From Candidatus Tenderia sp. (GTDB taxonomy: Bacteria > Pseudomonadota > Gammaproteobacteria > Tenderiales > Tenderiaceae), in assembly GCA_031416075.1 (NCBI GenBank), contig JANOSY010000092.1, forward strand, positions 1-64,000: a stretch of 64,000 nucleotides of DNA, in the 5' to 3' direction. Made by a program: the position numbers and the translations under genes. The first letter of the stretch is position 1. Each line of letters begins with the position of its first letter. This document shows, in pieces, positions 40,401 through 49,843 of this stretch. The notes under the pieces were generated by a model. That model did no database searches. It was not told where the DNA came from and worked only from the letters and a program-made list of their open reading frames with translations.

Positions 40401-40637
40401 ATGATAACTAAAGCATTTTTTTACCATGCTGGCTGTCCTGTATGTGTGGCAGCAGAGAGAAATGTAGCAAATTCTCTTGACCCTAAGAAATGTCATGTTG
40501 AAATTGTGCATTTAGGTGAAAATAAATCTCGCATACGGGATGCTGAAGCAGCGGGAATTAAGTCTGTACCGGCCCTCGTATTGGATGGTGCTGTATTCCA
40601 TATAAATTTTGGTGCGGATATAGGCGCACTAAAATAG
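40401..40637 (+). CDS. Small thioredoxin/glutaredoxin-like protein
   Basis: FYHAGCPVC motif and SVPALV cis-Pro loop. Confidence 0.85.
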   Translation: MITKAFFYHAGCPVCVAAERNVANSLDPKKCHVEIVHLGENKSRIRDAEAAGIKSVPALVLDGAVFHINFGADIGALK

Positions 40638-40663
40638 CGTATTCATAGCTTCATTTTATTTTC

Positions 40664-40694
40664 GGGTATTTACCTTATGGCAAATACCCTTTTT
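40664..40694 (+). terminator. Intrinsic terminator
   Basis: GGGTATTT-loop-AAATACCC followed by TTTTT. Confidence 0.6.
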
Positions 40695-40768
40695 GTCTGT
40701 TTAACACTAACCGTCAGGGTAGCTTGCAAGTTTCGCTGTATTTCTCCCTTCACCTCATCCACATAAAC

Positions 40769-41245
40769 TCACGTTTTATTACGGAACCCCAGCCGGTCAC
40801 TGCCCTCTGGTGGCAGACGAAGCGCCACAACAGAGCTGATTTGACAACACAACGAACCATCCTTCTGATAAAAGCCATACTCAAACGTATAGCGTGCACG
40901 GCCATGCTCTTTCAGTGTGCTAGCAATCTGCTCTACCGCATCACTGGGGAACTGAAACAGCAGTTGCAGATCCCCCGTCCCTGGCTGAATAAAATCAAGT
41001 GCCAGCTTCTTGGTCCAGATCTCATAGGCAGGAAAATAACTGGCACAGGCCAGCGCGGCAATAGGATCAGCTAATGCGGCCATCGCCCCCCCAAACATCG
41101 TGCCCCCTGGATTGACGTTGTGTTCATTCATCGGCAATAACAGACGCACCTCATGCCACAACACATCAAACGCAACCACCTTAATTGCCAAACTTTTAAA
41201 CGGCGGGAAGCTTTCAAACTGATCAATAGGGCTGTGTGTCACCAT
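40769..41245 (-). CDS. PaaI/DUF4442-type thioesterase
   Basis: NVNPGGTMFGGAMAALADP hot-dog motif. The start overlaps the upstream stop codon. Confidence 0.8.
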   Translation of the reverse strand: MVTHSPIDQFESFPPFKSLAIKVVAFDVLWHEVRLLLPMNEHNVNPGGTMFGGAMAALADPIAALACASYFPAYEIWTKKLALDFIQPGTGDLQLLFQFPSDAVEQIASTLKEHGRARYTFEYGFYQKDGSLCCQISSVVALRLPPEGSDRLGFRNKT

Positions 41246-43869
41246 TATTCTTTCACCAACAAGGCTTTATCTGCCTCATGGCCAATACCAAACTTGGCGT
41301 TGCCGACCCAGCGCGAAGGCAACTGGGGAAACGCACTCACAGTAGAGACAATCAGCGCACAGCAATAAGGGATGGACTGCACCAGCAGCACAATGATCCA
41401 CATCAACATATCCAGCGTTTCCGTACCATGCAGCCAGAAGAGTGCCGCCGCCAACAGCCACATCGAGGTCATTAGGATAGCCTCATCCCGCGAATCGGCC
41501 AACGCCTTCAACAGACGTTGGCTACTGGCCAGTTTTGGTGTGCGGATGAAGGGTTTGTCCTTTGTTACAACACCACTCAGAATCGCCAGTGAGATGGTAT
41601 GTGCCAGCGCCAACCCCGCCAATGCTGCCGCAATCGTCTGCCCCACACTGGCGTTAACACGGGAGCGGTAGAGATAGATCAGCTTCGCCAGCTTGAAACT
41701 AAAAAAGGCTAACGGCAATAACGAAAAGACCAGCTCTGGTGCATCCACTTTGCTTGGCAGTATCAACATCGCCAGCGACCAACAGAGTGCTGCTATGTTA
41801 AATATCAGATTCATCCCGTCAGCCAGCCATGGCAGCCAGCCGGCAATAAAGTGGTAGCGCTGACCACGTGTCAGATGGCTCTCTTTTCGGCCCAGTAACT
41901 CGCCTGTATGGCGACGCAATATCTGCATAGCACCGTAGGCCCAACGGAAACGCTGTTTTTTGAAGTCGGCAAAATTGTCCGGCATCACCCCACGGCCGTA
42001 ACTTTTAGCGATATAGGTCGCTTCATACCCTTGTTCAAAGATACGCAGCCCAAGGTCCGCATCTTCAGTGATGCACCACTCGCCCCACCCCTTCACCTCT
42101 TCCAACGCCTGACGCCGTACCAGTGTCATGGTACCGTGCTGAATAATGGCGTTACGCTCGTTGCGGGTGATCATGCCAATATAGAAAAAACCACGGTACT
42201 CGGCATAACACATCGCCTTAAAGGCGTTGTCTGCTTCATCACGATAATCCTGTGGTGCCTGAACAATCGCAACGCTGGGACGCTGAAACTGTGGCACAAG
42301 ATCCGCCAGCCAGTTAGCGTCAACAATATAATCACTGTCGATAACAGCAATCACCTCTGCCGCCGCATCCGTCTGTGCCAACGCAAAATTGAGCGCGCCT
42401 GCTTTAAAACCGGCCAACGGACTCACATGAAAGAAGCGAAACCGTTCACCCAACGTCTCGCAGTGGCGCTGTACGGGCTGCCAGACCGCCTCATCCTTGG
42501 TATTGTTATCGATAACAATCACTTCAAAGTCAGGGTAGTTCAGCTTAGCCAAGCTATTCAGTGTCTCAATCACCATCTCTGGTGGCTCGTTGTAACAGGG
42601 GACGTGGATCGACACCAGTGGCAACTCATCATCAGGCAGTTGTGTCGGACGAGCTAAACGGGCGTGCCCACCGACCCAATGTGCTTCGGCCCACTCATGG
42701 GCCTCCGCCAACAGCACAACGATGACGCCCACCATGCCAATGAGCAGTAAAACACCCACGATGATCGTGCCAATGGTCAGGTATTGCTGAGTATAACCAT
42801 AGGTGATCCAGACCGCTGTCGAGGCGGCCACATACGCCATAATCGCCAGAAAACTACGGCCGCTGTGGTTAAGTTTATGGCTATCGGCAAAGATAACAAT
42901 CAGCATACTGCTAGCCATCACCACCGAGATCAGCGCCAATATCCACCAGTCGGGGGTATTCACCACTGGGGTATCAAACGCAAACTTGGGCTGGCGCTCA
43001 ACATCATATACCCCCCAATACGCCCCGACAGCCCCTTCCGATACCTGTTTCCAGGGTTGATCAAACGCCTCCATCACAAAATAGTCATAGTGCTGGCGTT
43101 CGGCATAACTGAGAAAACGACGCAGAAAAATCGCCTCATTGGCCTGACTGGCGGAGGCCTGCTGGCGGGTGCGGCCATTACTCGGCCACCCCACCTCCCC
43201 AATGACAATCTGTTTACCAGGAAAGGTCTCCCGCAGCAGATTAAGGCGCTCAATGACATGGGGCACCGCCTGGTCGATATTAATTCCCTCCCAGTAGGGC
43301 AGCATATGCACGGTAATAAAATCGACATGCTGCGCCAGCTCCGGGTGGCGCAGCCAGACATCCCAGGTCTCCGCAGTGCTCACTGGCACTTTCACCAGTG
43401 CCCGCGCCCGATCCAGATAGGCGATCAGATCAACCTTGGTAAGATTGGCCCGCAACAACACTTCGTTACCCACCAGAAACTGGGTGACGTTGTCATTGTT
43501 ATTCACTACCTCAACCGCCCGCAAAAACTCCGGCTCGTTACGCTCAATACGATCATCAAGCCAAGCCCCCACCGTCACCTTGAGGTCATGTTTGGAAGCG
43601 AGCGCCGGGATTGCCGCCATTGTATCGGCCACCGTATAGAAACGGATCGCCTTGGCCTTGCCCTGCAACAGGGTCAAATCCTCATCAATCTCTGCAATTG
43701 AGGGGTAGATATCCCGTGACGCATCCTGATCCGCACGCATAGGGGAGAAGGCAAAACCACTGATCTTGTCCGGCCAGGCAGGCTCAGGCTCAGGCCGATT
43801 AAGCAGGGCAATCAGCGCAATCATCAATGCCGCCACGCCCATCGTAATAATCACACTAACACGTATCAC
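41245..43869 (-). CDS. NdvB-like GH17/GT2 (cyclic) beta-glucan synthase
   Basis: GH17 domain (VGNEVLLR, GEVGWPS), TM helices and a GT2 domain (IDSDY, TEDADLG, QRFRW). Confidence 0.88.
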   Translation of the reverse strand: MIRVSVIITMGVAALMIALIALLNRPEPEPAWPDKISGFAFSPMRADQDASRDIYPSIAEIDEDLTLLQGKAKAIRFYTVADTMAAIPALASKHDLKVTVGAWLDDRIERNEPEFLRAVEVVNNNDNVTQFLVGNEVLLRANLTKVDLIAYLDRARALVKVPVSTAETWDVWLRHPELAQHVDFITVHMLPYWEGINIDQAVPHVIERLNLLRETFPGKQIVIGEVGWPSNGRTRQQASASQANEAIFLRRFLSYAERQHYDYFVMEAFDQPWKQVSEGAVGAYWGVYDVERQPKFAFDTPVVNTPDWWILALISVVMASSMLIVIFADSHKLNHSGRSFLAIMAYVAASTAVWITYGYTQQYLTIGTIIVGVLLLIGMVGVIVVLLAEAHEWAEAHWVGGHARLARPTQLPDDELPLVSIHVPCYNEPPEMVIETLNSLAKLNYPDFEVIVIDNNTKDEAVWQPVQRHCETLGERFRFFHVSPLAGFKAGALNFALAQTDAAAEVIAVIDSDYIVDANWLADLVPQFQRPSVAIVQAPQDYRDEADNAFKAMCYAEYRGFFYIGMITRNERNAIIQHGTMTLVRRQALEEVKGWGEWCITEDADLGLRIFEQGYEATYIAKSYGRGVMPDNFADFKKQRFRWAYGAMQILRRHTGELLGRKESHLTRGQRYHFIAGWLPWLADGMNLIFNIAALCWSLAMLILPSKVDAPELVFSLLPLAFFSFKLAKLIYLYRSRVNASVGQTIAAALAGLALAHTISLAILSGVVTKDKPFIRTPKLASSQRLLKALADSRDEAILMTSMWLLAAALFWLHGTETLDMLMWIIVLLVQSIPYCCALIVSTVSAFPQLPSRWVGNAKFGIGHEADKALLVKE

Positions 43870-44107
43870 CGATTAAAAACCCACTCAAAAACCAACCTGA
43901 ACAGTGCAGGCCCACACCACTTCATCAAACAGCAGTGACCTATGATGCCAAAAACTCCGGCAGTATACCCCCACAAGCCACCGCTAAATATAGGCCACAA
44001 TAGATAACCGCGTCACAACCGCCACCTTTTGATCAAAACTGAACAACCACGACCAAACAAGATCCGATGTTGATATTGATCCCCAAAGAGACGACACTGA
44101 CAGCCCT

Positions 44108-44884
44108 ATGCAAAATGCCAATCGAACCACACTCCGTACAGCCTACTGGCTTAGCTGTGTAAGTGCCATCCTTCTACTACTAACCGGCACCGCCAATGCC
44201 GGGTGTGGTGCCCCGGCCTCTCCCAAAGTCAACTGGAAGGGGTGTGACAAACAGAATCTGGATCTGAGCGGTGCCGATCTCGGTGGAGCCATTCTCGACA
44301 AGGTCAACTTCAACGGCGCCAATCTCAGCAAGGCCAACCTGCGCAACGCCTATATCGGTCAGGCCGATCTGCGCAACGCCAACCTCAGCCACACCACTCT
44401 TGTCGACGCCTATCTGGTCGCCAGCGACCTTAGCGGCGCCAACCTCAGCAACGTCAGCGCCAAAGGGGCCAACCTGGAACGAGCGCGTCTTGAAAAGAGC
44501 AACCTGCACCAAGCCAATCTGAGCCAAGCCAAGCTCTACGACGCCAAACTACGCCAAGCAGACCTGAGTGGAGCAACATTGACCGAAGCCAAGCTGCAGC
44601 AGGCCGATTTAAGCCAGACCAACCTCAGCAACGCTGACCTGAGCCGGGCCGACCTGACACGTGCCAAACTTGAAAAGACTCTCTTTAGAGGGGCCAATAT
44701 GGAGAGCGCCAAACTCGAACGCAGTCGCATGAATGGCACCGACTTCAGCAACGCCAACCTCACCCGTGCCAGCCTTGCCGATGCCGAGGTCATCAACATC
44801 ATCATCACCGGCGCCAAGCTGGACTACACTACCTGGTACGACCGCCGCCGCTGCCGCTCCGGCTCGATCGGCGAATGCCAATAA
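44108..44884 (+). CDS. Secreted pentapeptide-repeat protein
   Basis: Signal peptide, long A(D/N)L(S/R)x repeats and terminal Cys pairs. Confidence 0.9.
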   Translation: MQNANRTTLRTAYWLSCVSAILLLLTGTANAGCGAPASPKVNWKGCDKQNLDLSGADLGGAILDKVNFNGANLSKANLRNAYIGQADLRNANLSHTTLVDAYLVASDLSGANLSNVSAKGANLERARLEKSNLHQANLSQAKLYDAKLRQADLSGATLTEAKLQQADLSQTNLSNADLSRADLTRAKLEKTLFRGANMESAKLERSRMNGTDFSNANLTRASLADAEVINIIITGAKLDYTTWYDRRRCRSGSIGECQ

Positions 44885-44903
44885 CCAACTCAAACAGGAA
44901 AAG

Positions 44904-45908
44904 ATGCAGATGAGCGAACTCCCACCACTACTAACCGCACAACAAAAATTCATTGATATCATCAGCGCTGGCACCACCGGCACCGAAAGTGTCTCACTCA
45001 CTCAAGCCCTCGGCCGCACCCTCGCCCAACCACTCCAGGCGCAAGAGGATGCCCCCGCCTACCATCGCGCCATAGTCGAAGGCTTTGTAGTACATGCCGC
45101 CGCTACTCAGGGCGCATCGGAAGAGAACCCCATCAGCTTCAAAATCATCGGCAACGTCCGCCCCGGCGACGCCCTCTGCCCCAGCTTCGCACCCGGTGAA
45201 GCAGTCGAGGTCAGCACCGGCGCCATCGTCACCGATGGTCCAGTCGCCATCGTACGGATGTGGGAGGCCAAGCGTAACGGCGACAGCTTCACCATCAACC
45301 GCCCCTTCCCACCACGTTTTTTTATTGAAGAGCAAGGCTGCGACATCAAAAAAGAGACCGAGATCATCGCCGCCGGCACCCTGCTGCAACCCCACCACAT
45401 CGGCACCCTCGCCAGCCTTGGCATCAACACCGTTGAAGTGGGCCGCCAACCGCACGTCACCCTGTTCGCCTCCGGCGATGAAGTGATCCCCCACACCGGC
45501 GCATTTCGCCCCGGCCTGATCCGCGACTGCAACAGCCCCATGCTCGCCGCCGCCGTCACCGCCACGGGTGGTCTGCCACAAAGCGCCGGCATCATGGGTG
45601 ACAACTTCGACACCTTTGTCAGCGCAGTAAAAAAGGCATTAGAGACCGCAGACATGCTCATCATCGCCGGCGGCACCGCCATCGGCGGCCGCGACTTCAT
45701 CTCCGACCTGATCCGTGAAGTGGGTGAGCTGGTAGTAGACGGCGTACCAATGAAATCAGGCCGTCCGCTGATCATGGGCATAGCCAACGGCAAACCCATC
45801 GTCTGTGTAGCAGGCCATCCGCCTGAAGCACTGCGTGGCTTCCGCCTGTTTGGCGCACCAACAATTGCCAAACTGATGGGGCAACAGGTCGAACTGCCTG
45901 CTGATTGA
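44904..45908 (+). CDS. Divergent MoeA-like molybdopterin molybdotransferase
   Basis: ALGRTLA, EVSTGA, ASGDEV, RDCNSPML and MKSGRPL. It is shorter than canonical MoeA. Confidence 0.75.
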   Translation: MQMSELPPLLTAQQKFIDIISAGTTGTESVSLTQALGRTLAQPLQAQEDAPAYHRAIVEGFVVHAAATQGASEENPISFKIIGNVRPGDALCPSFAPGEAVEVSTGAIVTDGPVAIVRMWEAKRNGDSFTINRPFPPRFFIEEQGCDIKKETEIIAAGTLLQPHHIGTLASLGINTVEVGRQPHVTLFASGDEVIPHTGAFRPGLIRDCNSPMLAAAVTATGGLPQSAGIMGDNFDTFVSAVKKALETADMLIIAGGTAIGGRDFISDLIREVGELVVDGVPMKSGRPLIMGIANGKPIVCVAGHPPEALRGFRLFGAPTIAKLMGQQVELPAD

Positions 45909-45981
45909 TTCAGAGAGCAATGGGCAACCCGTTGTGTGGGTTGCCCACATCAGCAAACACAATCACGGGGCAAATAGGGCG

Positions 45982-47475
45982 ATGGATTTTACATGGGTCG
46001 AAGACAAGGAAAATGGGTTTTCAAAAGACCGTCTTGGTCGCACCAATATTGCCGAATTCTTGACCACCTACCTCGTCGCCGAAGGCACAAAAAGAAATTA
46101 CGTCCTCAACGTCAATGCCGAATGGGGTGCAGGCAAAACCTACTTCCTCAAACGCTGGCAACACACCATCCAAACAAGTCACCCCGTCGTCTACATCGAC
46201 GCATGGCAACAAGACTACTCCGATGACCCACTGCTCACCGTTGTCTCCTCCATCATCAGCCAATTACAGGGGCAGCACGGCAGCCCCGGCGATGTAACCA
46301 TTCACAAGGCTGCCCGTGGACTACTTGGGTTCTTCAAGATAGCCGCGCCATTTGTCACCAAAGCCGTTGTTAAAAAATTCTCCGGCATTGGATTTGATGA
46401 TCTAGCTGACGAACTAAAAGTAAAAGAGGAGAATGGTTTTGACATGGCCGCCTCAGAAGTCGCTGGTAAAGTTGTGGATGGACTGCTTAAAGACCACTCC
46501 AGCAAAAAAATGGCCATTGATGGTTTCAAAAAGGCCATCAAGAAGTGGGCCGCAGAAATAGAAGACACAACAAGTCTCAAACCACCTGTATTCATCTTTA
46601 TCGACGAACTAGACCGCTGCCGCCCCACTTACGCCATAGAGATGCTTGAGGTAATCAAACACCTGTTTGATATGGAAGGGGTCGTCTTTGTCGTCGCCAC
46701 CGACACCCAGCAACTCCAACACGCCATCAAGGTCATCTACGGCGCAGGGTTTGATGCCAGCACCTACCTCGGTCGTTTTTTCAATCGTCGCATCACCTTA
46801 AAGTGTGGCGCGATCCGCGACTACGTGCAGAACCTACCGCAGTTTGAATCATTAAAAACCTTGGTCATCGACCAAGAGGGTTTCTGGCCCTGCAAACTAG
46901 AGCTGGCAGATTTACTGGAACAGCTTTGTGTCCCCATGGAATGCTACGAACTCGACCTGCGCACCACCGACCGAATCGTCGACCGGCTAGTGGCGATACT
47001 GGATCACACCAAAGAAAAGTCATTGCAGATCGATATTCTGTTCCTAATGACGCTGCTGTGCATCAATGAGAAAGACCACTCTTTCTATGAAAAAATTGTG
47101 AACAAGAGTGTTGATATTACTTCCGGTGGCCTCGCTGCAGTATGGCATCGCCACTGTGAAAACAGTCACAGCAAAAAACCGATTAGCTTAGAAATAAAAA
47201 ACCATGCAAACATACCCCTTCGAGATCAAAGGGGTGTGCTTGTGAAAAAGAAAGTTATATTTATTGAGTACCTCCAACAAAGATTGGAACAGCTACAGAG
47301 TCCAGCACCCTACATAAGACTTCTTGACCAAGAGTTTAGTAATAGTGATGGAGAAGCCATGACTGAGAGCTTTATTCTTCGTGCCTCACTCATCAAAAAT
47401 AATGGGATTAGAAAATTGGCAACATGGTCTAACTACACTAATTGGGTAGAACTGGCCAACTCATTTGATGAATAA
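45982..47475 (+). CDS. KAP-family P-loop NTPase
   Basis: Walker A AEWGAGKT, Walker B IFIDELDRC, IKHLFD and YLGRFF. Confidence 0.9.
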   Translation: MDFTWVEDKENGFSKDRLGRTNIAEFLTTYLVAEGTKRNYVLNVNAEWGAGKTYFLKRWQHTIQTSHPVVYIDAWQQDYSDDPLLTVVSSIISQLQGQHGSPGDVTIHKAARGLLGFFKIAAPFVTKAVVKKFSGIGFDDLADELKVKEENGFDMAASEVAGKVVDGLLKDHSSKKMAIDGFKKAIKKWAAEIEDTTSLKPPVFIFIDELDRCRPTYAIEMLEVIKHLFDMEGVVFVVATDTQQLQHAIKVIYGAGFDASTYLGRFFNRRITLKCGAIRDYVQNLPQFESLKTLVIDQEGFWPCKLELADLLEQLCVPMECYELDLRTTDRIVDRLVAILDHTKEKSLQIDILFLMTLLCINEKDHSFYEKIVNKSVDITSGGLAAVWHRHCENSHSKKPISLEIKNHANIPLRDQRGVLVKKKVIFIEYLQQRLEQLQSPAPYIRLLDQEFSNSDGEAMTESFILRASLIKNNGIRKLATWSNYTNWVELANSFDE

Positions 47476-47564
47476 ATATCCATCGAATATGAAAAAAACC
47501 ACGTCAGTTATATTAATTGTAGTAGTCGCGGCTTGATCTGACACCTCACTTAAAAAAGAGAAAC

Positions 47565-48620
47565 CTACCAATCTGCACTCCCAAATTTTTTCAGTTCAAT
47601 CGACTCTTTATCGTTGTATAACCGTATCTTGATCTGCGACCGGGGCAGACGCGGTTCAAAATTAAGGTAGACCTTTTGGCCGTTAGCACCGAGCTTTTCA
47701 AAGGCGGCCATGGTTTCGAACTCATCGAACTTGACCTCGAATATCACCTTTCTATCACCAATAGGTGCTGTGAATAACATCTGACTCGGCACTGGGCGCG
47801 GTTTATTCACGACATTTTTATCGTTCCAAAACCACTCGCGTTCACTCTCACCGTTCACAAAGCTGACAGTAATATCCTCTGTTTGATTAATAGCACCACT
47901 GGGCAGCCACTCGTAGCGGTTGCGGTAACGGGACCAGAGATCAAAGGGAACTCCGTCTCTTTTTAAGGACTCCAGCTCTGCTGGCGTGAGTACACCCTCC
48001 ATCACCTCCTTAACATAGGTATCACTCTGTTCCTTGTCCTTAAAGGGGAGTGCAAAGGCAGCACTGGGATCCAGATTTATTTTTTCGGCCTGACCAAAAA
48101 AGACCTCGATGTAGTTACCACTCCCACCCACCCAGACCGCCACCACCCCGCCAGGGGCAATCCCCGCCATAATTACACTGTAATCAGGGGCATAATCTTT
48201 CTCAGCAGGATCATTCCTTGCCTTGTGCATAGCAACCCCTTCTCTAAAGAGGGCCAGAATCTTGTCGTAGGGCAGGGCAAACTCCCCTTTATAAAACTGT
48301 CGCTCCGCATAGGAGTAGAAGGTGATCTTCAACCGGTCTGGCAGCGGTTTAAATTTCGGCCCCACCACATGAGACGAGATGGATTCCCCCCACCCTTTTC
48401 TCAATGTTCCACCGCTCGGAATATAAAGGCCACGCTCTGCTTCATCTTTATAGATAAACCTGCCTGTGATGATCTCCATCGGGTAGTGTTTGGGCGCACT
48501 CTCTGTAGCTTCCCAATCAAATGTAGTACTGTTTTTGCTCATGGCATGGCTGCAACCTGTTAGAACAGACATAACGGCAGTGATTGCCAACCGACAAACA
48601 TGTTTGAATATCATTCCCAT
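47565..48620 (-). CDS. DUF2931-family lipoprotein, T6SS immunity paralog 3
   Basis: LTGC lipobox, WEATESAPKHYPMEI and GIAPGGVVAVW. Confidence 0.85.
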   Translation of the reverse strand: MGMIFKHVCRLAITAVMSVLTGCSHAMSKNSTTFDWEATESAPKHYPMEIITGRFIYKDEAERGLYIPSGGTLRKGWGESISSHVVGPKFKPLPDRLKITFYSYAERQFYKGEFALPYDKILALFREGVAMHKARNDPAEKDYAPDYSVIMAGIAPGGVVAVWVGGSGNYIEVFFGQAEKINLDPSAAFALPFKDKEQSDTYVKEVMEGVLTPAELESLKRDGVPFDLWSRYRNRYEWLPSGAINQTEDITVSFVNGESEREWFWNDKNVVNKPRPVPSQMLFTAPIGDRKVIFEVKFDEFETMAAFEKLGANGQKVYLNFEPRLPRSQIKIRLYNDKESIELKKFGSADW

Positions 48621-48708
48621 GACGTATATTCCGGGCGGCTTTGCATTCCACGGTTAAGGTGTAACAGGCACCCTATCCATACTTGATCGAATGGAACAGC
48701 CATTGAAA

Positions 48709-49755
48709 CTACCAGTCTGCACTCTCAAATTTTTTCAGTTCAATCGACTCTTTGTCATTATATAACCGCACCTTAATCTGTGACCGTGGCAGGTGTGGTT
48801 CAAATTCAAGCTGCACTTTTTGGCCATTGGCACCGAGCTTTTCAAAAGCCGCCATGATTTCTAACTCGTCAAAATTCACAATAAATATTTTTTTCTTCTC
48901 ATTTATGCGTGTATTAAATGACACTTTTCTCGGAACAGGGCGCGATTCATTTATGTCTCTGTTATCGTTCACAAGCCAATCACTAATATTTTCGCCATTA
49001 AGAAAAGAGGAATTAACATCTTTCAAGCTGTACCCCACGCTGGCCGTAGGTATCCAGTCATAGCGATTTCGGTAACGCGCCCACAGACCAAACGGAATGC
49101 CATTCTGTTTTATCGATTCGAGTTCTTCAGGTTTAAGCACGTCTTCTAGTACGTTTTTAATATAATCATCACTCTCCTGTTTATCTTTAAAGGGCAACCT
49201 AAATGCCGCACTTGGATTCAGATCAATCTTTTGTGCCTGACCAAAAAAAACTTCAGCTTTTTTGGAACCTATAACCCAAACCGCCACTACGCCACCAGGC
49301 GCAATTCCCGCCATAATTCTGCTGTAGTGAGGATGCGTCTCACCATTGGGAAAAACTCGGGGATTGGCAACTCCATAACGAAATAGAGCGAGGATATTTT
49401 CATACGGCAAATCAAAATCACCTTTATAAAATTGCTTTTCTGTATAGGAAAAAAAGATAATCTTCAATCGATCGGGTAGGGGTTTAAATTTATCACCCAC
49501 TGCATGGGATGAAATAGGCTCCCCCCAACTTGACCTCAAAGTGCCACCATAGGGAATATACAACCCCTGATCGGACTCGCCGTGATAAAAAAAAGTTCCC
49601 TCGATAATTTCCATTGGATATGGTCTTGGTGCACTCTCTGTAGCATCCCAATAAAACGTGGTGTCATTTTTACTCATGGCGTGGCTGCAACCTGTTAGAA
49701 CAGACATAACGGCAGTGATTGCCAGCCGATAAACATGTTTGAACATCATTCCCAT
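48709..49755 (-). CDS. DUF2931-family lipoprotein, T6SS immunity paralog 2 (divergent)
   Basis: Same motifs as its neighbours but a divergent core. Confidence 0.85.
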   Translation of the reverse strand: MGMMFKHVYRLAITAVMSVLTGCSHAMSKNDTTFYWDATESAPRPYPMEIIEGTFFYHGESDQGLYIPYGGTLRSSWGEPISSHAVGDKFKPLPDRLKIIFFSYTEKQFYKGDFDLPYENILALFRYGVANPRVFPNGETHPHYSRIMAGIAPGGVVAVWVIGSKKAEVFFGQAQKIDLNPSAAFRLPFKDKQESDDYIKNVLEDVLKPEELESIKQNGIPFGLWARYRNRYDWIPTASVGYSLKDVNSSFLNGENISDWLVNDNRDINESRPVPRKVSFNTRINEKKKIFIVNFDELEIMAAFEKLGANGQKVQLEFEPHLPRSQIKVRLYNDKESIELKKFESADW

Positions 49756-49843
49756 AACTTATATTTCGGGCAGCTTTGCATTACACGGTTAAGATGCAAC
49801 AGATACCCTATCCATACCAGATCGAATTGAACAGCCATTGAAA

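Noticed and set aside
41908-43701. Long plus-strand ORFs (249 and 305 aa)
   Set aside because: Antisense shadows of the glucan synthase gene.
44733-44903. Ser/Ala/Pro-rich N-terminal extension of the MoeA-like ORF
   Set aside because: It is an alternate-frame overlap with the pentapeptide gene. The real start is at 44904 or 44910, after AGGAAA.
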